Assembly: GCF_006345805.1 (NCBI RefSeq)
Contig: NC_043017.1
Span: forward strand, 27,652,001-27,716,000
DNA length: 64,000 nucleotides
From: Octopus sinensis
Taxonomy: Eukaryota
Direction: 5' to 3'
The position numbers and the translations under genes were made by a program. The notes beneath the pieces are model-generated. The model was not told the origin of the DNA. It did not search any database and was given only the letters and a program-made list of their open reading frames with translations. Positions 1-12,960 of the stretch are shown here, piece by piece. Position 1 is the stretch's first letter; each line of letters begins with the position of its first letter.

Positions 1-741
1 TAGGAAATGACTTTTGAACACAGGTGTTAATATCTTGGATGAAATGAAGCGAAAAAGAGTTGGAGTGACTTCATCCGGAAACCAAAACCACAGTGTGCAA
101 TATATGTTTTCCTGGGACTAATATAGTTGACGTTTAGTGAACTGCTGAACATACCATTCCACTTAAACTCTCTCCTCTTGAACTTCCTCTTTCTTCCTTC
201 CTTCCTCATCTTCATACCTCTCTGTCTTTTTCTTTCTGACTCTCAATCTCTCTTTCTCTCCCGTATTCTATTTTTATTCAATACGATCAACAAGATTTGT
301 TGCACGTGTCATCATATAAGTACTGAGATGCATTTTCACGCATGAAAGACAAAAAAAAAAACGAAAGAAAATATGAAATGAAAGAAAAAAAATAATAGCA
401 ATATGTAATATCTAAAGTAATCATAACAATAATGATAATCATAATATTTAATTGCATGTGTGTGGAAAGTACACATGTACCACTTTCTTCAAATATCGGG
501 GGAAATGGGGAGACATTGATTAACAACGAATAATTGACATATATAACAGATTACTTGCGAATGTCTACCAACAGATTCCTGCTCCTGGAATGCTACATTC
601 TAGGGCGCAGAAGTAGAAAAAGTGTTGTGGAAGTGTAGGCGTTACGCATGCTTAAAATTATATCCCCTTTATGTTACTGACGATGCCAATGGGACTAAAA
701 GTGCGTATTGTCACCTAGAATTCGAAATGTTGAAATGGATT

Positions 742-1164
742 GGCGCAGGAGTGGCTGTGTGGTATGTAGCTTGCTAACCAACTACAGGGTTTTGGCTTCA
801 GTCCCACTGCGTGGCATCTTGGGCAAGTGTCTTCTGCTATAGCCCCGGGCCGACCAATGCCTGGTGAATGAATTTGGTAGACGGAAACTGAAAGAAGTCT
901 GTCGTATATATGTATATATATGTAAATATGTGTGTGTGTATGTGTTTGTGTGTCTGTGTTTGTCCCCCTAGCATTGCTTGACAACCAATGCTGGTGTGTT
1001 TACGTCCCCGTCACTTAGAGGTTCGGTAAAAGAGAACGATAGAATAAGTACTGGGTTTACAAAGAATAAGTACCGGGGTCGATTTGCTCGACTAAATGCG
1101 GTACACCAGCATGGCCACAGTCAAATGACTGAAACAAGTAAAAGAGTAAAAAGAGTAAAGAGAG
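742..1164 (+). mobile_element. tRNA-derived SINE, family A (CORE-like segment, internal TA/TG microsatellite, (AAAAGAGT)n tail)
   Basis: Head ggcgcaggagtggctgtgtggt with B-box-like ttcagtccc; cttgggcaagtgtctt CORE-like motif; tail gtaaaagagtaaaaagagt; near-identical copies elsewhere in the window. Confidence 0.9.
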
Positions 1165-2280
1165 ATACCATAAGGAATCTCACTGGCCGTTCTTATAATT
1201 CTGCACATCCATTTCCCTAGATTGATATTATTATGAACCACGAAAACGGTAAAGAAACCATGGAACTAGTCGGTTTTGAACTCAGAGTGCAGAAATCTGG
1301 AATATCCTCCATCGACTTTGTCAATTCCATTCAAACATACACACATACACATACTGCGTTCACACAAATAGACACATACATGCACCAACTCACGCACACA
1401 TACTCACACATATTATCATCACCTTTACAGAAATTGTTTTCATTTTTGGTGGTGATAATGATCGTAATGAATGATAACTACTTTATTGGGTTTCATTTTA
1501 CTCCCTAATTTGAATTCTCTAATATCAAAGCAACACAGATATGATTTTATTAAGTCAGACTACCAGCTTTAATAAATATAATCCGTGTATTATCTCATTG
1601 ATCCAGGATTAAATGCCAACGAAGATAGATCCAATATATAGGTTAATGACTCCAGCTTCCGCATAGCAAAAAAAAACAACAACATATATATAAAGACAAA
1701 ATAACGAAAAAAAAAACAAAAAAAAACGGAAAATTAAAGAACGAACTCAAATAACACACACCAATAAAATCAGCAATCTTTGAAGTAATCACATATAAAT
1801 TTCAATATATTAGATTTCAATGATTCTGCAAATTGCTTCTTAGACTTTAAATTGGAATATTATTCTAGTTCCTTGTTTATTTCTTTATTTTTTTTTTAAT
1901 GATAAATCGACATAAAATAGTAAAGTAAAATAACGAAAAATTGGGTAAAAAAATTTAGGAAGTAGAGGGTGAAGGAAATCATTAACATCGACGTACTTCA
2001 AAGACTAAGTGGAATTCGTATTTTATAAAGGAATCTTTATGTTCTTATTTCTAATTTTGTTTTGACAGTTTTATATGAAATAGCTGTTGCGGCAATCCAA
2101 TCCAATAGACCTCCCTTCTACGGCATACATAACTGGTTTTACAAATGAGCGAAAGTATTAAAATGAAATATTTAAAATTCTAGAAAGCATAACATTCTAA
2201 TTGGAGGAAATCAGCGGCAGCATATCGTAATCAATATTCGATAGATAATACATACATATATATATTATATATATATATAT

Positions 2281-2657
2281 AATGTATGTGTATATATATA
2301 ATGTATGTGTATATAATAAACACAACTATGTATGTGTATATATATAATGTATGTGTATATATAAACACAACTATGCATGTATATATGTATATATATATTT
2401 ATTTATATATATATATATATAATGTATATATGTGTATGTATACACTTATAGTTATACATATATATATATATAATGTATATATGTGTATGTATACACTTAT
2501 AGTTATATATATATATATAATGTATATATGTGTATGTATACACTTATAGTTATATATATATATATATAATGTATGTATGTGTATGTACACACTTATAGTT
2601 ATACATATATATATATATATATATAATGTATGTATGTGTATGTATACACTTATAGTT

Positions 2658-2705
<48 letters not shown>

Positions 2706-2723
2706 TATATATATATAATATAT

Positions 2724-2768
<45 letters not shown>

Positions 2769-2770
2769 TA
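2281..2770. repeat. TA/TG minisatellite with about 50-bp higher-order unit
   Basis: Anchor acacttatagttata recurs at 2442, 2493, 2540, 2589 and 2646 with variable (TA)n between. Confidence 0.9.
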
Positions 2771-3616
2771 TGTATATTGTGTATATAAGTATACATACAT
2801 ATATATAATTGTGTACGAATGTGCACGTGTATATAACAACAATAATAATGGTGATAATAATAATAATAATAATAATTGTTATGATAAAAATAATAATGAT
2901 AAAAGCAACGCCAATTGAGTAGGGATACATCTAAGGTGAGCCGGCTCTTCATCAATTCATGTAATATCTTGCCTAGATTCGTATTCCAATAACGAAGGAG
3001 AGCCGTGCAAATGAAATGATACGAGTTTATCCCACATGGACAAGTTACTGCATACGTTGAATATGTTCGAAACCAGTGTATTAGAAGAAGTGAATATACA
3101 ACATTACAATATCATATACTGAATGCATTGCATATCTGTATTCGGAATGGAATAAAAGAGGTTCGTTTAGGGAAACCATCATAACATCGTTTGGGGGGAT
3201 TATTTTCCTTAATTAATTTCCTTATATGGGTTTGTGTTGTGTGTGTGCGCGTGTGTGTACTGCATTATCCTATATGGAAGGGTTTCTGTGTTAGCTAATA
3301 TATTTATATGATTTAATAGATTATATGACTTAATATATTCAGTACAAAATGGTTAGTGTAATGTGTTACACATTTCCTTTCTTTTTTTTTCACTTCCTAT
3401 GAATTCCCTGAAGCTGTCTGACAATGAAGATAACTTAAATCTGACAAGCATCATTTCTAGATCATCGTAGTAGTTTCCTCTTCAGTATGAAGAGGTAATG
3501 TTTGTTATTGGCTCCTTAAAATTGATAGAACCCATGTCCTTGATGTAGCAATGAACACTGTGATGTAGAAAAGGTTTCCACTTGTATTTTCCCACCTATT
3601 TAACACACACACACAC

Positions 3617-3657
<41 letters not shown>

Positions 3658-3741
3658 TAAGGGTTGAAATTGATATTAATCAATTAAAACTAGTGGCCTA
3701 GCATATTTTTTTTTAAATCCGAAGATTAACATTTTTTTTAC

Positions 3742-3947
3742 ATACAAAATTCAGAGGACTGACCACTAAAAGTGGACAGCCTGTATGCTAGATATAGACG
3801 TCAAAATCGCCATTTTCCACTAAGAATGTGTTCTCAAGAAAAAATTCGGTTTTTTGCTGAATGTTTACTTGGAAAATGGCGATTTTGACGTCTATATCTA
3901 GCATACAGGCTGTCCACTTTTAGTGGTCAGTCCTCTGAATTTTGTAT
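3742..3947. mobile_element. Hairpin element / MITE with 78-bp perfect inverted arms
   Basis: 3742-3819 is the exact reverse complement of 3870-3947; 50-bp spacer; TA dinucleotide at each end of caaaattcagagg...cctctgaattttg. Confidence 0.85.
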
Positions 3948-4183
3948 ATATATAAAACTGAGAATGTGTGTATGTCTGTCTGTGTGTTTCCCTAAAACTC
4001 GAGAACTACACAACCAATTTCATTCAAATTTTACACATGCCTTACTTAGAGTCCATGTAGTGTCATGGGAAAAAAAGTTTTTCTTGCCTAGAGCGAGCCC
4101 ACAGCAATATCATATCTTCTCTATTATTTCAGTATTACGTGTTAAAAGTGAAACAGAAACATCTCTCTATTGTATGTATATAG

Positions 4184-4190
<7 letters not shown>
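3948..4190 (+). mobile_element. Probable non-autonomous Helitron/HINE-like fragment
   Basis: tatataaaactgagaatgtgtgtatgtctgtctgtgtg...caaccaatttcattcaaattttacacatg has the same 5' layout as the Helitron at 54477; no clear 3' hairpin-CTAG. Confidence 0.4.
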
Positions 4191-4243
<53 letters not shown>

Positions 4244-5190
4244 CCCCACTAGAATGAGAGAAAGGGCTAATACATGATCTAAGTTATATGATGTATAAAA
4301 AAAGTAATATACAAATAAATATCTGTAAATATAAACCATCCGATTTTCTGAGTATCTCATTTCTTCTAATATAAAATACCTGTACATCATCTCCAAACCT
4401 TCCAATATATATATATATAACAAGAAATAAAGTTATATCTTGAGATGTTTAGTGACAACAACGCTCAAAATATATAACACACTGGAATAGTAGTGCTCAA
4501 ATGAGCTGTATACACTTTTTAATACGAGGGGAGGCAATGCGAGCAGTAACTACGAGATCACTACAAAATCCACAGAAAGATCAAACACATACATTTATTC
4601 ATATATTCATTTACATCTACAGAACAGACATAAAGCCCGACGTTTAGAAGTATATAGTAATATATAAATATATAAACATCATAAAATTATGTTATACGCA
4701 TAAGATCCGCTCGACGTTCCATAAGAGACTTAGAAATAAAAATTGCAATAAAAGTTAGAGGTAATAATAACAATTGAATTAAATATAGTAAATATAGTAA
4801 TTAGTAATTAAAATAAAACTAAAGTATGGAATTTAAATCGTAATATAACAATTAAAAGAAAAAATAGCAATTAGTATAAAATGTATCAAGGACTTGAACC
4901 CGAATATATGGCTTTGCATGAATGGGAGAAATTAAAAGATGAAAAATTTGAGTGCAGAAGTGAACTAGTCCAGATAGGGCTGTGCGCATACCATTTACTA
5001 TAGCTGCTGGATTGAATTATATGCTTACAAAGTAGCATTCAGTATCTGTGAGAATTTTTTGGAGTACGTAATGTCTGGTCTTTCGCATGTAACAGGTATG
5101 TAATTGTGCATTTGTTTCCGTGTACTATATGTTGTGTGTAAAAAAACACCTGACGAGGGGAGTGTCAATTTTAAATATATATGTTTACCC

Positions 5191-5582
5191 TCTCTTTTAC
5201 TCTTTTACTTGTTTCAGTCATTTGACTGCGGCCATGCTGGAGCACCGCCTTTCATCGAGTAACTCCGGGACTTGTTCTTTTGTAAGCCCAGTACTTATTC
5301 TATCGGTCTCTTTTGCCGAACCGCTAAGTGACGGGGACGTAAACACACCAGCATCGGTTGTCAAGCAATGCTAGGGGGACAAACACAGACACACAAACAT
5401 ATACACACACACATATATAAGACAGGCTTCTTTCAGTTTCCGTCTACCAAATCCACTCACACGGCATTGGTCGGCCCGGGGCTATAGCAGAAGACACTTG
5501 CCCAAGATGCCATGCAGTGGGACTGAACCCAGAACCATGTGGTTGGTTAGCAAGCAATTTACCACAAAGCTACTCCTGCGCC
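5191..5582 (-). mobile_element. SINE family A, full length
   Basis: Reverse complement of the 742-1164 element from head to tail. Confidence 0.9.
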
Positions 5583-5851
5583 TATATTAATTGGTGCAAC
5601 TTTTATGTATTTTTGTAAATTTGTGTATTTATCTTCTATGTATTTTTCTCTGGAATTTTAATTCGTCTTTTTAATACGTCATTGTATTTTTTATTACCCC
5701 AAGTTTTATGTTTTATTACCCCAAATTTTTAATTTAGCAAATTTATGCCAAACTAGCACTATGACCCGTTCAACGCATTGAAATATAGCTATGTTTCAGC
5801 AATATAATATTTGTAATATAATATTATAATACTTCAATATGGTTTGTAATA

Positions 5852-5992
5852 TTAGGTTGTCCCAAAAGTTCGTAAACACTTGCGAAAATTGAATTTTTAC
5901 TCGCCAAGTACTAACAAAAACAACAAAAATTATTCCTCAAAATAAAGACCATTATTTTCCAAGACTTTCTACGAACTTTTGGGACAGCCTTA
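5852..5992. mobile_element. 141-bp mariner-type MITE, copy 1
   Basis: TIRs ttaggttgtcccaaaagttcgta / tacgaacttttgggacagcctta, TA flanks; TTAGGTTG terminus typical of mariner; second copy at 27490. Confidence 0.85.
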
Positions 5993-6357
5993 TATTATAA
6001 TATTAGAAATATTATAATACTTGTACTACTTTTAGCCAAATAAACCAACTGAACACATATACGTTTTAAGCCATGATTTTAATATCTCGACCGCATGTGT
6101 AGAAGCGCTCACTTACGGTCGCAAACAAGCGAACATTTGGCTAGCGGTGGGATTACAAACACATACACATCTAGAAACATATATATGTGTGTTTGGCCAG
6201 GCTAAGAAATCTGTTTCCCAACCATCTGTTCAGGGTTCAATTCCAGAGTGTGACACTTTGGAAGATTGTCTTTTAAAATAGCTTCTGGCCGACTTGTGAA
6301 TGGATTTGGAAGGTAGAAACCGTCGTGTGTAAGTGTTATGAGTATATACTTTAAATT

Positions 6358-6747
6358 TTTTCAGTAATTTCACTGCGGCCATGCTGGAGCACCACATTTA
6401 GTCGAGAATATCAACCCCAGGACTTATTCTTTGTAAGCCTAGTACTTATTCTATCGGTCTCTTTTGCCGAACCGCTATGTTACGGGGACGTAAACACTTC
6501 AGCAAGGGTTGTCAAGCGGTGGTCAGGAGGGGGGTGAGAGACAGACACACAAGCACGCACACATATGTTTACATATACATATATGCGACGGGCTTCTTTC
6601 AGTTTACGTCTATCAAATCCACTCACAAGGCTTTGGTCGACCCGAGGCTATAGTAGAAGACGCTTGCCCAAGGTGCTGCGCAGTGGGACTGAACCTGGAA
6701 CCATGTAGTTGGTAAGCAAGCTAATTACCACACGGCCACTTTGCGCC
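6358..6747 (-). mobile_element. SINE family A
   Basis: Colinear with family A on the minus strand. Confidence 0.85.
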
Positions 6748-7559
6748 TAAATATATATATATATATATATATATCCACACACGCACACACACACACACAC
6801 ACATATATATATCCATAAACACACGCACACACACACACACACGCACACGCACACGCACACGCACACGCACACGCACACGCACACACACACACACACACAC
6901 ATATATATGAATATATATAGTGTTAATAAGTAGTTTCCCACATCTACGATTTTATTAAACAGTTATTTACAGTATTCTCTTTATTCTTGATCTATGTGCA
7001 TTTCAAATGCATCGACTGCACACTTAGATATGCATCCTGGTGTCATATACACAGGCGCATATGGAAAATGCATCAACGCCGTTCCAGACTTCCAAATCCA
7101 TCTTGAAGCTTTGGTGGGCCAAATATTATCGTAGATGACAGTGGAACTGAAACCGAAATCTGCTTGTTTGCAGAGCAAACTCCTTTACTTCCGAGCCAAT
7201 GTGCTTTTCTATCAAATACATCAATTCATTATGTACGAACAAAATGAAAAAAAAAACAAAAGCAAAAATGAATACGAAAAGAATGAAAAGAAATAGAATA
7301 AAGTCTGCAAGATAATCAATGTTATAATTAAAACAAGTAGATAATTTATGGTGTGATTTTAATGATGAGGAGTTAAAAAGTGTTTCGCTAATTTTAAAAC
7401 AACCTGATGCTCTAAATAAACAGACCCAAACTTATCCTGTTTGTTGTTTCTGTAAACGTACATGTATTCTTAACTTTTTCCCTTAGTTTAATCTGTTCAG
7501 GTTAATCGCCGCGCTAAGTAGCATCTGGAAAAACATAAAACCTTACATCAATTCTCTAA

Positions 7560-8345
7560 TACATACATGCACGCACACATGCATGTGTGCGTGTATATAC
7601 ACATATGTATGTGTATATGTATGTGTATATGTATGTGTATATGTATGTGTATATGTATATATATTCTAGCAAAAACTGTCTGATGAACGGCAACGAGAAA
7701 CTCAGAGTAACAGATTTTGTTGAATTTTCTGCTGCTTAAAATAAAGTATATATGTGTATATGTATGTGTGTATATGTGTGTGTGTATATGTATGTGTATA
7801 TATTTATATATATGTATGTGTATATATGTATATATATATATATGTGTATATATATGTATGTGTATATATATGTATATATATATATATATATATGTGTATA
7901 TATATATGTATGTGTATATATGTATATATATATGTATGTGTATGTATGTGTATATATTTATATATATGTATGTGTATATATTTATATATATGTATGTGTA
8001 TATATGTATATATATATATGTGTATATATATATGTATGTGTATATGTATGTGTATATGTATATATATGTGTATATGTATGTGTGTATATGTATGTATATA
8101 TATTTATATATATGTATGTGTATATATGTATATATATATATGTGTATATATATATGTATGTGTATATATGTATGTGTATATATGTATATATATGTATACA
8201 TATATATATATGTAGACGCATATCTACACATACAGATATATATGTATATATATGTGTATATATATGTATACATATATATATGTAGACGCATATCTACACA
8301 TACAGATATATATGTGTATCTGTGTGTGTGAGTATACGTGTATGC
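7560..8345. repeat. Compound (TA)/(TATG)/(TATGTG) microsatellite interrupted by a unique island at about 7662-7745
   Basis: Direct reading; explains ORFs 7548..8378, 7717..8331 and overlapping ones. Confidence 0.95.
7663..7725 (+). ncRNA. Type I hammerhead ribozyme-like motif (minimal, Penelope/retrozyme type)
   Basis: Stem I caaaaactgt (7670-7679) / acagattttg (7710-7719); CUGAUGA 7680-7686; stem II a-cg-GCAA-cg-a; GAAA 7697-7700; quasi-palindromic stem III actcagagt; GUA triplet ending 7709. A-A mismatch at the base of stem II. Confidence 0.7.
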
Positions 8346-8970
8346 ATGTATCCTCGTATCTAAGAATTTACGTAACATATGTGAATGTGGAAACAGGATG
8401 AGTGCGTGCTTATGTACTGTGTTTAAAAGCGTTATTCAATCTTTTAAAACTTAGACATATTCGTACGGGTGAATCAAGTACGTCGCTTCACGTCCGAGCA
8501 TCCACAATTATTGCGACCTTGAATACAGGTTTGACGTGTCTGGTCGCAAGGTAATGTACCTGTATTGTTTTGTTTCATAACAAAAGGCGTCCATATCCAT
8601 AAAGTGTATGGTTATTAATTTCTTCCAAGTTTTCATTTGACTAACCCTAACTACTACTACTGCTGCTGCCACTACTACTACTACGGTTGCTGCTACTGCC
8701 CTATCCTCCTCTTTTCCCTCCTCCTTCCACTCCTCTTACTGCTGCTGCCGCCGCTACTACTACTACTGCTAGTACTAATGTCAAGTGTAATAATAGTAGT
8801 AGCAGCAGTAGCAGCAAGATTAGTTCCTATTAGTAGAACCTAGTCCTTCTTAATTGTGCAAAGCCTTCAAGAACGAGATTTGTTAATCGTGGGATTAACT
8901 AAAAAGAAATATTTCTATCTATCGAATATATAAAGATAAATGATACAGTATTGATAAATTATTCAGAATG

Positions 8971-9007
<37 letters not shown>

Positions 9008-9039
9008 GTAAAAAAAAATATATATACAAACTGGGACAA

Positions 9040-9270
9040 GACTGTGAAACATTTAGAAGACGACACAAAAAACACGGACGGAACATTCGAAGCCCTCAAT
9101 CATCAGTCAAGAACCGGATCATCTTCGCAATTTCGGCTGATTAATCTTGAGATTGCTCCGATCTGGGCAGCCCCCAAGGGAAATCTAAGCCAAGCGCATT
9201 ATATTCCTTGGAAGAAAGCCTCGAATGTATACAACACAGGGACGGAAAACGGACGATGTTACACGAATAA
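9040..9270. repeat. Unclassified interspersed repeat, related to about 54190-54400
   Basis: Shared motif string atttcgg..tta..cttgagat..tc.gatctgg..cccc..ctaag in both places; both adjoin TA microsatellites. Confidence 0.35.
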
Positions 9271-10398
9271 AAATACAATATACACATATATATATATATG
9301 TATGTATGTATTTATATTTCTTATGCGTATATGTGTGTGTGAATATATATGGATATATACACGCATATATATAAATTTATTCACTTCTTTCCTTATTCCG
9401 TTCAATATGTGTCGTGTTTTCTTTGAAGCCGTTCAGACCTTTTGTAATATTCAGCAACACTTGTTATGCTATGTTTATTCTAAAGACGGTGATGTCCCGC
9501 TGGCCTGTGGACAGCATAAAGCACGGTCTGAGACCCCTATCCCAAAGGGTGTTTGTCGTTTTTCGACATGTAATACGTTTTTACGATCAGTAATCAAGCA
9601 TCCTCATATGCTTCTTAACATATATATTCAAATTCTCAGCTTCCTTGGCACTCAACCTATTAACAAGCACCCTAACCACCAGCTTCTTCCTACCATCTGG
9701 CGAAAACAGGGCAAGGCCTGTAGATCAAAGAATTTCGTAAGACATGAGAGAAGACCTTTGGCTTTTTTTTCCTATAACTCCTCAGATTAAAACACGAAGT
9801 GATATTTTCCAGTTATTCTTGGAGCTGAGAACGGTTTTGTTATTCTTAACGTCATCTTCGATCAGTTTATAAATTTCTTTCAGAATGCATGGTATTATTG
9901 ACATTACTATTAATATAGTTTTACTCATTGCATAACCATGTGTCTCATATCGTGTTTATTGTTCACCTCACTTATCACATGCCAATATCGTTCCACAAAG
10001 GTGTAAAGAAATCTGGGTTCGATATCAATATCAATAATTTGTGTAGAATTGGCCTATATGGAATGGTATTTCCGTTATTAAACCTGCCAACAATTTCGCT
10101 TAGAGGTTAGGTTTGAAATATAGTATATATGACGAGCAATAAAGGCAAAATGGACCCATAGATTTCGAAAGATTTCCCTGAATTACTCTCCTGAGGCCAT
10201 ATTGAAATATCCGATTATTTGGAAGCACATCTATGTGAAATTCCTTCTATACAGCTGTAGAACACCCAGGAAAGACTAAGAGGACGAAGAGTTTACTGTA
10301 ACAATTTGTTATAATCTCTTCTGAAAACGGATATTTTCTTAATTCAAACACTCCGTGTATGAAACAATCTGCACAGACATATATTCTCCACAGATACC

Positions 10399-10631
10399 TA
10401 TTTCTTTACTACCCACAAGGGGCTCAACACAGAGAGGACAAACAAGGACAGCCAAACGGATTAAGTCAATTATATCGACCCCAGTGCGTAACTGGTACTT
10501 ATTTACTCGACCCCGAAAGGATGAAAGGCAAAGTCGACCTCGGCGGAATTTGAACTCAGAACGTAGCGGCAGACGAAATACCGCTAGGCATTTCGCCCGA
10601 CATGCTAACGTTTCTGCCAGCTCGCCGCCTT
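10399..10631 (-). mobile_element. tRNA-derived SINE, family B (Meta-domain-like centre)
   Basis: Minus strand reads aaggcggcgagctggcagaa...gttcaaattccgccgaggtcgactttgcctttcatcctttcggggtcga...; TSD cagatacct at 10391-10399 and 10632-10640. Confidence 0.9.
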
Positions 10632-11049
10632 CAGATACCTTCTATAAAAACGTTTGTGTTTATTAAGACAGTTAGATTTGTTACTTGTAGTTCCTACTAT
10701 CATTGGGCCAAGTATCAAAGTAAACTTCGATTCAAAAGCAATATGTATGTGCGGGTTGGTAGAAAGTGTTTATATTCATATTGTTTTCTCATTTCTCATC
10801 CTGATTTGTTCGTTAAGTGAAGGGGGCAGGGCATGCAGCACAAATAACCCTTTCAATCATGTCAGTAAATCGTTGTGATATGTTTCTGGTGTACCCTTAT
10901 CAGATAGGTAGTCATGATGGGTATTCTGCGCTTCGTATATTTTACCCCAGTATCACTATGATGGCATGAACTATTCTCTTATAATAATAATAATAATAAT
11001 AATACCACCACCACCAACAATTATTATTATATTCCCTCGTTATAATTGC

Positions 11050-11640
11050 CCAAGGCCAGCAGGTTAGGAGGGAGTCGATCTGGCGATTACATCAACTCCA
11101 GATCTTGTCTCGTACTTTATATTTTTGATACCTGAATCGATGGATGACGAAGGTGACCTCTGTAATATTGGGGAATCAGGACGTAAAGAACCGGAAGAAA
11201 TGCCGCTAAGCCATTTAACCGATGCACAAAAGCTTCTATCAGCACGCTTCTGTAATAATCCGTTTTGCTCTAAGCCTGAAATTTTGGAGGAAGAGGCCAG
11301 TGCCCTGCTTGACTGGTACTATCGAACCTTATTGGATAGAAGGCAAGATCGACCCCTGTGGCGTTTGAAGTAGGAGTGGAGGGTTTGACCAAATGCCCCC
11401 AATTATTTTTTCCGGCAAGCTAACGATTCTGCCTACTCGCTGGTTTAATCTGGTTTAATGTGACCTTTCGACTACAAGCAAAGGGCCTGAGATTTTGTGG
11501 AAGTGGGTTGGTGACCTTATCGACTCGAGTGTTTCACTGGTTATTATTTCATCGACCTCGCAAAGATGAAAGCAACGTCTTAAAGCTGGTTTAAAATGCC
11601 GCTAAGCAGATTACCTGGCGTGTTAACGACTTTTACCGTT
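11050..11640 (-). mobile_element. Cluster of old, degenerate family B SINEs in the same orientation
   Basis: Recurrent decayed motifs such as atcgactc..ctggt.tattt.atcgacc..aaagatgaaagc and gccgctaagc. Confidence 0.55.
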
Positions 11641-11661
11641 CACATCATTAAAAATATATTA

Positions 11662-11696
<35 letters not shown>

Positions 11697-12496
11697 AACG
11701 CACACACATACATGCACAGGCACACAACACCACCACCACCACCAACAACACATATACATAAAATTAATAAGAACAGCAGTTTGCTATGTTTCACCAAAAA
11801 GGAGAATTACAAATGTCGCTAAATTCGATTAGGGTGTTAGACAACACCTATATTGATAGAAATAAGAGTTAAAACCACTAATGCTGTATTTAAAGCATAT
11901 GAGTGAAAACATTTGCCGTAACAGGGGCCGGCGCTCTTCGGACGATTATGGTCCCTGTTAGTATATAAATATTTGTTTTAGTTCATGTGCGTTATCTTCA
12001 GTATTAGAGCGGTTTAGTTCTGACTTCTAGCAAACACCCTAGTCACATTCAGCGACAGTTGTATATATACACATATATATAATTATTCTATTAATGACAC
12101 TGCTATAACATTGGTCTATTATTTATTTGCCTTGAAAAGAAAAGCACACAAAAAAGACAGGAAACCTTAGAATATGATGCAAAGCAATATATAAATGCAG
12201 AATTCATGGAATCGTTTTTAACATAGAAAAGCATAAAGGCAAGTACAAACATATCAGAAAATAGACAGCATTATTTGATATTAGTGCTCCTTGAGTGATT
12301 TTCATAGATTAGTTTGTTCTGTGTTTTTTCTTTAATCTTTTAGTTCAATTTTAGTTTTCTTTACTTTGTTTTTGTTGTTTTTACTTTTGTTTTTTTTTTA
12401 TCTTGCCTGGTAGAAAAGCATCACTCTAAGTCTTAAATCCCAAATCCCTGTTTGGTAAATCAATCTATCACAGATGACAGCAAAAGGGGAAAAAGA

Positions 12497-12515
12497 TTAT
12501 TATTATTATTATTAT

Positions 12516-12550
<35 letters not shown>

Positions 12551-12960
12551 ATAGTTGGAGTAGTGGTAGTAATAGTAGCAGCAGCAGTAACATCATTCTC
12601 CTCCTACTTCTTTTTCTTATCATTATTATTATTATCATTATTATTATTATATTATTATTATTATTAGTAGTAGTAGTAGTAGTAGTAGTAGTAATAATAG
12701 TTGGAGTAGTGGTAGTAATAGTAGCAGCAGCAGTAACATCATTCTCCTCCTACTTCTTTTTCTTATCATCATCATTATTATTATCATTATTATTATTATC
12801 ATTATTATTATTATCATTATTATTATTATCATTATTATTATCATTATCATCATTATTATTATCATTATTATTATAACTATTATTATTATTGAGTGAGAGA
12901 ACAGTGCTATTATTATTATTATGCTGTTGTCGTTTTTGTTGTTAATATTATTATCAATAA
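12497..12960. repeat. (TTA)n/(TAG)n/(TCA)n compound microsatellite containing a tandem duplication
   Basis: aatagttggagtagtggtagtaatagtagcagcagcagtaacatcattctcctcctacttctttttcttatca occurs twice (about 12550 and about 12697). Confidence 0.9.

Noticed and set aside
3486-3494. Possible 9-nt microexon (ttcctcttcAG|tatgaagag|GTaatg)
   Set aside because: Splice motifs only; expected by chance in AT-rich DNA without transcript data.
9075-9115. Minus-strand CUGAUGA...GAAU hammerhead-like string
   Set aside because: GAAA is not intact, and no convincing stem I or III was found.
9044-9790. 248-aa ORF
   Set aside because: It crosses an interspersed repeat and a TA microsatellite, and has no recognisable domain.
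11125-11373. Protein-like 82-aa ORF (MIPESMDDEG...)
   Set aside because: It overlaps degenerate minus-strand family B SINEs.
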